Source: Alphaproteobacteria bacterium (lineage in GTDB: Bacteria > Pseudomonadota > Alphaproteobacteria > UBA828). Taken from it: DNA of 64,000 bases. Where the stretch lies: positions 1,888,001 through 1,952,000 of the forward strand of contig CBDCCI010000002.1 in NCBI GenBank assembly GCA_965214705.1, written 5' to 3'. A model generated the notes under the pieces. It ran no database searches, had not been told where the DNA came from, and worked only from the letters and a program-made list of their open reading frames with translations. The translations under genes were made by a program, and so were the position numbers. Shown one piece after another: positions 55,950 to 64,000 of the stretch. How positions within the stretch are numbered: the stretch's first letter is position 1; each line of letters opens with the position of its first letter.

Positions 55950-56729
55950 ATGAAGCTGCCGTCGAAGATCGTCGACATCTCCCAGCCCCTCGACAACGAG
56001 ACCGTCGTGGACCCGGATTTCATGCGGCCTTCGATCCGCTACGTGACGGGCAAGGAGAGCGCGGCGATGATGTGCGAGCTGTTTCCCGGCCTCAAGGAGG
56101 AGCAGTTGCCGGGCGGCGAGGGCTGGGCGATCGAGTTCATCGAGCTCGCGACCCACAACGGCACCCACATGGACGCGCCCTACCACTACAACTCGCGCGA
56201 TTCGAAGGGCAATCGGATGCCGACCATCGACGAGATGCCGCTGGACTGGTACTTCCGGCCGGGGGTCAAGCTTGACCTCCGCCATCTCGACGACGGTTAC
56301 GTTGCTACGCCCGCCGACATCGAGACCGAGCTCAAGCGCATCGGCTACGAGCTCCAGCCCATGGACATCGTACTTGTGAACACGCGGGCGGGCGAGCGCT
56401 ACGGCCACGACGACTACATTCATTCCGGCTGCGGCGTCGGCCGCGAGGGGACCCACTATCTCACCGAGCGCGGCGTGCGCGTCACCGGCATCGACGGCTG
56501 GAGCTGGGACGCCCCCTTCTCCGCCACCCGCGAGCGCTGGCTCAAGTCGCGCGACCCCAAGATCATCTGGGAAGGGCATTACGCCGGCATCGACACGCCC
56601 TATTGCCACATGGAGAAGCTCAGGCACCTGGAGGAGCTGCCGCCCTTCGGCTTCACGGTCGCGTGCTTCCCCTGCAAGATCAAAGCGGCCTCCGGCGGCT
56701 GGACCAGGGCCGTCGCGCTCTTCGACTGA
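55950..56729 (+). CDS. Cyclase family (kynurenine formamidase/isatin hydrolase-like) metallohydrolase
   Basis: HNGTHMDAPYH, GIDGWSWD, HMEKL; AAGGAG RBS. Confidence 0.9.
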   Translation: MKLPSKIVDISQPLDNETVVDPDFMRPSIRYVTGKESAAMMCELFPGLKEEQLPGGEGWAIEFIELATHNGTHMDAPYHYNSRDSKGNRMPTIDEMPLDWYFRPGVKLDLRHLDDGYVATPADIETELKRIGYELQPMDIVLVNTRAGERYGHDDYIHSGCGVGREGTHYLTERGVRVTGIDGWSWDAPFSATRERWLKSRDPKIIWEGHYAGIDTPYCHMEKLRHLEELPPFGFTVACFPCKIKAASGGWTRAVALFD

Positions 56730-56767
56730 CATCCCCTCACCCACCACGAACGTCCCCAAGAGTTTCC

Positions 56768-58891
56768 ATGAGCACCTATCTCTGCGGCATCGACATTGGC
56801 GGCACCTTCACCGATTGCGTGGTGGTGGACGAGGCCGGCCGCGTCACCACCGGCAAGGCACCGTCGACGCCATCCGATTTCGGCGAAGGGCTGATTGCCG
56901 CCCTCGACATCGTCGCCGGCAAGCTCGGGAGGCCGCTCGACGCGCTGTGCAGCGAGCTTGCGGTGCTGGCCCACGGCACCACGGTCGGCACCAACGCTAT
57001 CATCCAGAAGAAGGGCGTCAAGGTCGGGCTCATCACCACCAAAGGCCACAACGACGTCATTCACATCATGCGGGGCTCGCGCGGGCTGACCGGCCGCGAC
57101 ATCCGCCTCGTCGTCCACATCCCGGAGAGCAGCAAGCCCGACCCGATCGTGCCCAAGTACCTGATCGAGGGCGTGTCGGAGCGCGTGGACTGCTTCGGCA
57201 AGGTCGTGGTCGAGCTGAACGAGGAGGAGGCGGAGCAGGCGATCCGCCGGCTGGTCGCGGACGGCGTGGAGGCGCTCGCGATCTGCTTCCTCTGGTCCTT
57301 CCTTGCATCCGAGCACGAGCAGCGGGTGAAGGCGATGGTAGAGCGCATCGCGCCTGACCTCTTCGTCACCTGCTCGTCCGAGCTCGTGCCCAAGTGGGGC
57401 GAGTACGAGCGCACCGCGGCGGTGGCGCTCAACGCCTACATCGGCCCGCTGGTCACCGGCTACCTCGCCCGCATGGACCGGCGCACCACCGATCTGGGCT
57501 ATCACCACCCGTTGCAGATCACCCAGTGCGCGGGCGGCACCATCCCCGTCGCTAAGGCGATGGCGGCCCCGCTGCTTACTCTCGATTCCGGCCCGGTCTC
57601 CGGCGTCACCGGCTCGCGCTACGCCGGCGGCATCATGGGCTACGACAACGTCATCACCACCGACATGGGCGGCACCTCGTTCGACGTCGGCATCATCCAC
57701 GGCGGCGAGCCGGCGTTCTCTTACCGCAGCCTGGTCCACCAGTACGAGTACTACCTCTCCAAGGTGGACATTCAGGTGATCGGCGCGGGTGGCGGCAGCA
57801 TGGCCCGGATCGACGAGGCCACCGGCGCCTTCCGTGTGGGGCCGGAGAGTGCCGGCGCCGATCCCGGCCCGGTCTGCTACGGGCGGGGCGGCACGGTGCC
57901 GACCGTCACCGACGCGGACCTGGTGCTCGGCTATCTCGACCCCGACAACTTCGCGGGCGGCGCGATCGCGCTGGACCGCGATGCGGCGGCGCGGGCGCTC
58001 GCGCCGATGGGCGAACGCCTGGGTCTCGGCCTCGACGAGACCGCGAGCGGCATCGCCCGCATCGCCGAGTTCCAGATGGCCGACCTGATCCGCAAGGTGA
58101 CGATCCAGAAGGGCCACGATCCGCGCGACTTCGTGCTCTTCGCCTTCGGCGGCGCCGGCCCGGCCCACGCCGGAGTGTTCGCGCAGGAGCTCGGGGTCTC
58201 GAAAGTGATCGTCCCGCAGCGCGAGACCGCCTCGGTCTGGTGCGCTTTCGGCGCGGCGGCAGCCGACCTGCTGCACGTCCACGAGAGGGTCAACATCATG
58301 CGCTCGCCGTTCGATGCGGCGGAGATCAACGCGATGCTGGCCGAACTCAAGGCACGCGGCGCCGCCGATCTCGCGGCCGACGACGTCGCGCCGGTGGACC
58401 GCCACTACCGCTTCACCCTGGATATGCGGCACAAGGGCCAGATCAACGAGGTCGAGGTGGAGCTTGCGGGCGAAGCCGTCGCCGCCGATGGAGTCGACGC
58501 GCTGCACGAGGAGTTCCGCCAGCGCTACGAGGCGCTCTACGGACGCGGCGCCGCGCTGCCGGGCGCGCAGCTTGAGATCGTCACCTTCCGCTGCCGCGCC
58601 TCGGGCGTCACCCGCAAACCCCTGCTGTCAACGGCTGACCTGCTCGACCCGGAACCGGCGCCGGAGGCCCAGCACCCTTCCCGCTCGGTCTATTGGGCAG
58701 AGTGGGGGCACCGCGCCGAGACTCCAATCTATAACGGCGCGCGTCTGGTGCCGGGCAACCGCTGCGAGGGGCCGGCGGTGATCGATACCGACGTCACCAC
58801 GGTGGTGGTCCATCCGGGACAGACCCTTACTGTCGACTCCTACGGTAATTTCGAGATCGCCCTGGCCCCGAGCGCGGAAGGCGCGGGATGA
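56768..58891 (+). CDS. Hydantoinase/oxoprolinase subunit A (second copy)
   Basis: GIDIGGTFTD, HGTTVGTNA, SGP, DMGGTSFDV, GAGGGS, GGAG. Confidence 0.92.
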   Translation: MSTYLCGIDIGGTFTDCVVVDEAGRVTTGKAPSTPSDFGEGLIAALDIVAGKLGRPLDALCSELAVLAHGTTVGTNAIIQKKGVKVGLITTKGHNDVIHIMRGSRGLTGRDIRLVVHIPESSKPDPIVPKYLIEGVSERVDCFGKVVVELNEEEAEQAIRRLVADGVEALAICFLWSFLASEHEQRVKAMVERIAPDLFVTCSSELVPKWGEYERTAAVALNAYIGPLVTGYLARMDRRTTDLGYHHPLQITQCAGGTIPVAKAMAAPLLTLDSGPVSGVTGSRYAGGIMGYDNVITTDMGGTSFDVGIIHGGEPAFSYRSLVHQYEYYLSKVDIQVIGAGGGSMARIDEATGAFRVGPESAGADPGPVCYGRGGTVPTVTDADLVLGYLDPDNFAGGAIALDRDAAARALAPMGERLGLGLDETASGIARIAEFQMADLIRKVTIQKGHDPRDFVLFAFGGAGPAHAGVFAQELGVSKVIVPQRETASVWCAFGAAAADLLHVHERVNIMRSPFDAAEINAMLAELKARGAADLAADDVAPVDRHYRFTLDMRHKGQINEVEVELAGEAVAADGVDALHEEFRQRYEALYGRGAALPGAQLEIVTFRCRASGVTRKPLLSTADLLDPEPAPEAQHPSRSVYWAEWGHRAETPIYNGARLVPGNRCEGPAVIDTDVTTVVVHPGQTLTVDSYGNFEIALAPSAEGAG

Positions 58892-58922
58892 TCCCAGGAC
58901 GGAGACGAACGGGAGGCCCACC

Positions 58923-59216
58923 ATGGACCTGACGGCATTCGAAGGCTCGCTCGAAGGCGCCGCGCCGCCAACCGGCCTGAGCAAGCCGCTTCAGGCGCTC
59001 TGGCAGGAGGCGAAGGGCGCGTGGGACGAGGCCCATAACCTCGCCCAAGCGGACAAGGGACCGGCAGGCGCCTGGGTCCACGCCTATCTTCACCGCGTGG
59101 AAGGCGACCTCCGCAACGCGGGCTACTGGTACCGGCGCGCAGGCCGTCCGGCGTCGGAGCAGGCGCTGCGCGACGAGTGGCGCGCCATCGCGACGGCGCT
59201 GCTTGCCGAACAATAA
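58923..59216 (+). CDS. Conserved hypothetical protein
   Basis: WDEAH...WVHAYLHRVEGD..NA.YWY motif of a widespread uncharacterised family. Confidence 0.8.
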   Translation: MDLTAFEGSLEGAAPPTGLSKPLQALWQEAKGAWDEAHNLAQADKGPAGAWVHAYLHRVEGDLRNAGYWYRRAGRPASEQALRDEWRAIATALLAEQ

Positions 59217-59303
59217 GGGCGCTGGAATAACGCGCGAGGGCGCCGTTGACGGTCCCACTAGCGCTCCCTACATTCCGACTGTTGCCGCCCCGGAGGAGTA
59301 TCC

Positions 59304-59624
59304 ATGAGCGTTACCCACGTCACCGACGCCGAGTTCGAAGAGAAGGTCCTTAACGCCGAAGGCCCGGTCCTGGTCGATTTTTGGGCCGACTGGTGCGGCC
59401 CCTGCAAGGCGATCGCGCCTGCGCTGGAAGAGCTCGCCGGCGAGATGAGCGAGTCGCTTTCGGTGGCCAAGCTGGACGTGGACTCGAATCCCTCCACGCC
59501 GGCGAAGTACGGCATCCGGGGCATTCCGACGCTGATCCTCTTCAAGGGCGGCGAGGTCGCTGACACCAAGGTCGGCGCGCTGCCCAAGGCCAAGCTCGCG
59601 GAGTGGCTGCGCGGCGCGGTCTGA
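59304..59624 (+). CDS. trxA: Thioredoxin
   Basis: [16 protein letters not shown]. Confidence 0.97.
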   Translation: MSVTHVTDAEFEEKVLNAEGPVLVDFWADWCGPCKAIAPALEELAGEMSESLSVAKLDVDSNPSTPAKYGIRGIPTLILFKGGEVADTKVGALPKAKLAEWLRGAV

Positions 59625-59635
59625 ATCCCCTCCCC

Positions 59636-60946
59636 TCACGCGGCCGCAACACCAGCGGTCGCGAGCACGCCACCGATCAGATAAAGCGAGCCGCACACCA
59701 GGATGCGGCCGGGCTGAGCCGTGCCTGACGAGAGGTGTGTGATGGCCTCGTCGACGCTGGCGGCGGCCTCCGAATCGATACCGAGAGACCGCGCGGTCGC
59801 ATCGATCTCGTCCGCCGTCCTGCTCGCGGCCTGATCGGGGATCGCCACCGCCGCCATCCGCCGCACGAAGGGTGCGAGCGGCCTGAGATAATCCTCGGGC
59901 GGCCTCGTGTTCAACATGCCGACCACGAGGTCGAGAGGCCGGTCGGCCCATGCCTCGGCGACGCGGGCGAGCGCCATCGCAGCAGCCGCGTTGTGACCGC
60001 CATCGACCCAGATTTCCCAGCCGTCGGAAAGGCCGGCCCAGGGGATGCGCTGCAGACGCCCCGGCCAGCGCGCCTCGCGCAATCCCTGGGCGACGGCGTC
60101 ATTGCCGACATCGAAGCTGGGAAGCATCCGCGCGCAGACGACGGCAAGCGCCGCGTTCTCGACCTGATGGCCGCCGACGAGAGCAGGCAGCGGATAGTGC
60201 CCGCCGCCACAAGCGTCACGAACCTCCATGTACGAAGCGGCGCGTTCGAACGACCACTCCCGGCCGAGCCGCGCGAGCGGCGCCCCTACCCCGCCCGCGA
60301 CTCGCTCGATGACCGCGTCGGCCTCCGCCTCCTGTCGCCCGATCACGCCGGTCACGCCCCGCTTCAGAATTCCCGCCTTCTCGGCGGCAATGAGTTCGAG
60401 CGTCTCGCCAAGGTAGTGCGTGTGGTCGATGGAGACTGGGGTGATGACGGTGAGCGCCGGCCGCGCGATCACGTTGGTGGCGTCGAGCCGGCCGCCGAGG
60501 CCGACCTCCAGCAGCAGCACATCCGAAGGATGGCGCTCGAAGGCGTGGAACGCCGCCGCCGTGGTGATCTCGAAGAAGGTGATCGGCGCGTCGTCGTTGA
60601 CCGCCTCGCAGTGGGCAAGGCTCGCGCGCAACGAGTCCTCGGCAATCGGCACCCCGCCCAGCCTGATCCGCTCGGCGAAGCGAACTAGGTGCGGCGAGAC
60701 GTAGCCGTTCACCCGATAGCCCGCCGCCCGCAGCATCGCGTCGAGATAGGCGACGACGCTGCCCTTGCCGTTGGTGCCGGCGACGTGGATCACCGGCGGC
60801 ATGGCGCACTCCGGGTTGCCCAGCGCATCGAGCAGCCGGGTCATGCGTCCGAGCGAAAGATCGATCGATTTGGGGTGGAGGTCGAGCAGCCGGGCGAGAA
60901 TCGCGTCGCTCTCGCGCGGAGCGGCCGGCTTGGACGCCACGCTCAC
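59636..60946 (-). CDS. folC: Folylpolyglutamate synthase/dihydrofolate synthase
   Basis: HVAGTNGKGS, SPHL, EVGLGGRLDATN, DGGHN, GSLYL. Confidence 0.96.
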   Translation of the reverse strand: MSVASKPAAPRESDAILARLLDLHPKSIDLSLGRMTRLLDALGNPECAMPPVIHVAGTNGKGSVVAYLDAMLRAAGYRVNGYVSPHLVRFAERIRLGGVPIAEDSLRASLAHCEAVNDDAPITFFEITTAAAFHAFERHPSDVLLLEVGLGGRLDATNVIARPALTVITPVSIDHTHYLGETLELIAAEKAGILKRGVTGVIGRQEAEADAVIERVAGGVGAPLARLGREWSFERAASYMEVRDACGGGHYPLPALVGGHQVENAALAVVCARMLPSFDVGNDAVAQGLREARWPGRLQRIPWAGLSDGWEIWVDGGHNAAAAMALARVAEAWADRPLDLVVGMLNTRPPEDYLRPLAPFVRRMAAVAIPDQAASRTADEIDATARSLGIDSEAAASVDEAITHLSSGTAQPGRILVCGSLYLIGGVLATAGVAAA

Positions 60947-60991
60947 TTGACCCCGCAGAAACAGGCCGCAGAGAACGCGACCAAGCGCCGC

Positions 60992-61927
60992 TTACTCGGC
61001 GCTGGCCGATGCAGGCAGGTCCTTGCCCCCGCCCGTGTCGGGCGCGTCCCTATGCAGGGCGATAACCTCCGCCGCAGGCTTCTTGTCGCGCAGCAGCGAG
61101 AGCAGCAGCGACAGGGTCTCGCGCAGCTTACGGCGGTGCACCACCATGTCGACCATGCCGTGATCGCGCAGGTATTCGGCGCGCTGGAAGCCCTCGGGCA
61201 GCCGCTCCCGGATCGTCTCCTCGATCACGCGCGGGCCCGCGAAGCCGATCACGGCGCCTGGCTCGGCGATGGCGATGTCACCGAGCATGGCGAAGGAGGC
61301 CGTCACGCCGCCGGTCGTCGGATTGGTCAGCAGGACGACGTAGGGCACGCCCGCTTCCTTCAGCTCGTCGACCGCGATGGTGGTGCGCGCCATCTGCATC
61401 AGCGAGAGCACGCCCTCCTGCATCCGTGCGCCGCCCGAGGACGGAATGACGATCAAAGGCGCTTCCTGCAGGATGGCGAGCCGCGCGGCAGCCAGCAGGC
61501 TTTCGCCGACGGCGGTGCCCATCGAGCCGCCGAGGAAGCCGAAGTCGAACGCGGCGACGACCGCCGGAGCGCCGCCGATCTTGCCGTGGGCGACCACGAT
61601 GGCATCGTCGTGGCCGGTGTTGCTGCGCGCTTCGCGCAGGCGGTCCGAGTAGCGCTTGCGGTCGCGGAAGCGGAGGGGGTCCTCGTCAACCGCCGGCAGC
61701 TCGATAGTCTGATACTCCCCCCCGTCGAAGAGCAGCGCGAGCCGCTGGTTGGCGCCGAGCCGCATGTGATGGTCGCAGCGCGGGCAGACCCGGAGGTTAC
61801 TCTCCAGCTCCCGGTGAAAAATCATCTGCTCGCACTTCTCGCACTTTTCCCACAGGTCGTGGGGGATGTCGGGCTTGCGGAACAGGCCGCTCACCTTGGG
61901 GCGGGCGAAGCGTTCGAGCCAGCTCAC
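60992..61927 (-). CDS. accD: Acetyl-CoA carboxylase carboxyltransferase beta subunit
   Basis: LWEKC..C, C..CDHH zinc finger, [23 protein letters not shown]; GTG start. Confidence 0.96.
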   Translation of the reverse strand: MSWLERFARPKVSGLFRKPDIPHDLWEKCEKCEQMIFHRELESNLRVCPRCDHHMRLGANQRLALLFDGGEYQTIELPAVDEDPLRFRDRKRYSDRLREARSNTGHDDAIVVAHGKIGGAPAVVAAFDFGFLGGSMGTAVGESLLAAARLAILQEAPLIVIPSSGGARMQEGVLSLMQMARTTIAVDELKEAGVPYVVLLTNPTTGGVTASFAMLGDIAIAEPGAVIGFAGPRVIEETIRERLPEGFQRAEYLRDHGMVDMVVHRRKLRETLSLLLSLLRDKKPAAEVIALHRDAPDTGGGKDLPASASAE

Positions 61928-62763
61928 GATGCAGCCTCCTGCCGCGCTGTGCGCACGCCATCGCCGAGCGCGCGCACCAGCGCGAGCGCGTTGTCGCGGC
62001 AGGCGGCCGTCGCCCCGCCGCCCGCGTCCAAGCCTTTCTCGATCGCAGACACCAGGGCTGAGCCCACGACCGCGGCGTCCGCCACCCGTGCCACTTCCGC
62101 CGCCTGATCCGGCGTCTTGATGCCGAAGCCCACCGCGATGGGCAGCGTAGTGTGGCGCCTCAGCCGGTCGACTGCCATCTGCGTCGCGGCGGTGGTGGCG
62201 CCCGCCGCGCCGGTAATCCCGGTGATCGAGATGTAATAGACGAAGCCGCTGGTGTTGGTGAGGACCGCCGGCAGGCGGGCCTCGTCGGTCGTCGGCGCCA
62301 CCAGGCGCACGAAGGAGAGCCCAGCGTCGAGCGCCGGCCGGCACAACTCGGCGTCCTCCTCGGGTGGCAGATCGACCACGATCATGCCGTCGAGCCCGAC
62401 CTCCAGCGCGTCGTTAAGGAAGCGCTCCACGCCGTAGATGTAAATCGGGTTGTAGTAGCCCATTAGGACCAGCGGCGTGGCGGCGTCCTGCGCCCGGAAG
62501 CGCCGCGCCAGCTCAAGCGACTTGCCGAGCGTGATGCCGGCCCGGAGCGCCCGCTGGCCCGCACGCTGAATCACCGGCCCGTCGGCCATCGGATCGGTGA
62601 AGGGTGAGCCGATCTCGATGACATCGGCACCGGCCTCCGCCAGCCCTTCCAGGATGGCGTAGGAGGTCTCGATGTCCGGGTCGCCCATCATCGTGAAGGT
62701 GACGAGCCCGGCGCGGCCCTCCTCGGCGAGCGCTTGGAAGCGCCGCTCGATACGCCCGCTCAC
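61924..62763 (-). CDS. trpA: Tryptophan synthase alpha subunit
   Basis: [38 protein letters not shown]. Confidence 0.96.
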   Translation of the reverse strand: MSGRIERRFQALAEEGRAGLVTFTMMGDPDIETSYAILEGLAEAGADVIEIGSPFTDPMADGPVIQRAGQRALRAGITLGKSLELARRFRAQDAATPLVLMGYYNPIYIYGVERFLNDALEVGLDGMIVVDLPPEEDAELCRPALDAGLSFVRLVAPTTDEARLPAVLTNTSGFVYYISITGITGAAGATTAATQMAVDRLRRHTTLPIAVGFGIKTPDQAAEVARVADAAVVGSALVSAIEKGLDAGGGATAACRDNALALVRALGDGVRTARQEAAS

Positions 62764-63971
62764 AGCGCCGTGCCCATCGTATCTGCGACGGTGAAGATGT
62801 CCTTGTCGCCCCGGCCACACATGTTCATGACGAGTATGTGGTCATTGGGCAGACCCGGCGCCAGCTCCACCACATGGGCCAGCGCGTGGGCGGGCTCGAG
62901 GGCGGGAAGGATTCCCTCCATCCGCGCACACAGGTGAAAGGCATCCAAAGCCTGGTCATCGGTGATCGCCACATAGTTGACGCGGCCCGAGTCGCGCAGC
63001 CAGGCGTGCTCCGGCCCGATCCCCGGATAGTCGAGACCGGCGGAAATCGAGTGCGCCTCGATGATCTGGCCGTGCTCGTCCTGCAGCAGGTAGGTCCGGT
63101 TGCCGTGCAGCACGCCCGGCGAGCCGGCGGTCAGCGACGCGGCATGCTTGCCGCTCTCGACTCCGTGGCCGGCGGCCTCGACGCCGACCATGCGCACGCT
63201 CTCTTCGTCGAGGAAGGGGTGGAACAGGCCGATGGCGTTGGAGCCGCCGCCAACGCAGGCGACCAGCGTGTCCGGCAGCCGGCCTTCCGCCGCCATGATC
63301 TGCTCGCGGGTCTCGTGCCCGATCACAGACTGGAAGTCGCGCACCATGGCGGGATAGGGATGCGGGCCAGCAACGGTACCGATCAGGTAGAACGTCGTCT
63401 CGACGTTGGTCACCCAGTCGCGGAGCGCCTCGTTCATGGCGTCCTTCAGCGTGCGCGAGCCCGAGTCCACGGGCACCACCTCGGCGCCCAGCAGCTTCAT
63501 GCGAAAGACGTTGGGCTGCTGCCGTTCGATGTCGGTCTCGCCCATGTAAACGGTACACGGCAGGCCGAAGAGCGCGCAGACGGTCGCCGTCGCAACGCCA
63601 TGCTGGCCGGCCCCGGTCTCGGCGATGATGCGGGTCTTGCCCATGCGGCGCGCCAGCAGGATCTGGCCGATGCAGTTATTGATCTTGTGCGCGCCGGTGT
63701 GGTTGAGCTCGTCCCGCTTGAAGTAGATGCGCGCGCCGCCGAGATGTTCGCTCAGGCGCTCCGCGTGATAGAGCGGGCTGGGTCGGCCGACGTAGTGGCC
63801 GAGCAGGCGCTCGAACTCCTCGGTGAACGCGGGATCGTCCTTGGCCTGCTCGTAGGCCTTCTCCAGATCGAGGATCAGCGGCATCAGCGTCTCGGCGACG
63901 TAGCGGCCGCCGTAGATGCCAAAGTGTCCCTCCGCGTCCGGGCCGGGCCGGTTGGCGCCGCGTGCGCTCAT
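62760..63971 (-). CDS. trpB: Tryptophan synthase beta subunit
   Basis: [38 protein letters not shown]. Confidence 0.97.
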   Translation of the reverse strand: MSARGANRPGPDAEGHFGIYGGRYVAETLMPLILDLEKAYEQAKDDPAFTEEFERLLGHYVGRPSPLYHAERLSEHLGGARIYFKRDELNHTGAHKINNCIGQILLARRMGKTRIIAETGAGQHGVATATVCALFGLPCTVYMGETDIERQQPNVFRMKLLGAEVVPVDSGSRTLKDAMNEALRDWVTNVETTFYLIGTVAGPHPYPAMVRDFQSVIGHETREQIMAAEGRLPDTLVACVGGGSNAIGLFHPFLDEESVRMVGVEAAGHGVESGKHAASLTAGSPGVLHGNRTYLLQDEHGQIIEAHSISAGLDYPGIGPEHAWLRDSGRVNYVAITDDQALDAFHLCARMEGILPALEPAHALAHVVELAPGLPNDHILVMNMCGRGDKDIFTVADTMGTAL

Positions 63972-64000
63972 GCCTTTGCCTCTTTCGGTATTGGGACAGC
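63968..64000 (-). CDS. 3' end of the upstream gene (trpF by synteny), partial
   Basis: Open frame [10 protein letters not shown] with ATGA overlap on trpB; identity from synteny only. Confidence 0.35.
   Translation of the reverse strand, partial: AVPIPKEAKA

Overview
High-GC alphaproteobacterial chromosome segment (inferred from ntrY-ntrX-trkA-dat-hfq-hflX, hemC-hemD-mic60-hemY and trpB-trpA-accD-folC synteny). Core genes are interleaved with a catabolic cluster (amidase, cupin dioxygenase, a close homolog of the vitamin B6 degradation enzyme FHMPC dehydrogenase, hydantoinase A/B), sugar-acid dehydratases and a trehalose locus whose otsA is split by an IS1380. The main find is a 12.1 kb element (about 9.35 kb once an inserted IS66 is removed) integrated in tRNA-Thr(CGT) between exact 50-bp att repeats. 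It encodes an integrase, an Xis-like protein, an iteron-containing Rep with a loader-like partner, a large terminase, an HK97-type capsid, a portal and two putative virion proteins. No tail, protease, small terminase, cI-type repressor or lysis gene is recognisable, so it is a candidate minimal capsid-forming phage satellite. Three IS elements (IS1380, IS66, IS5) have readable TIRs and target duplications. Protein assignments come from recalled family motifs; no database searches were run.
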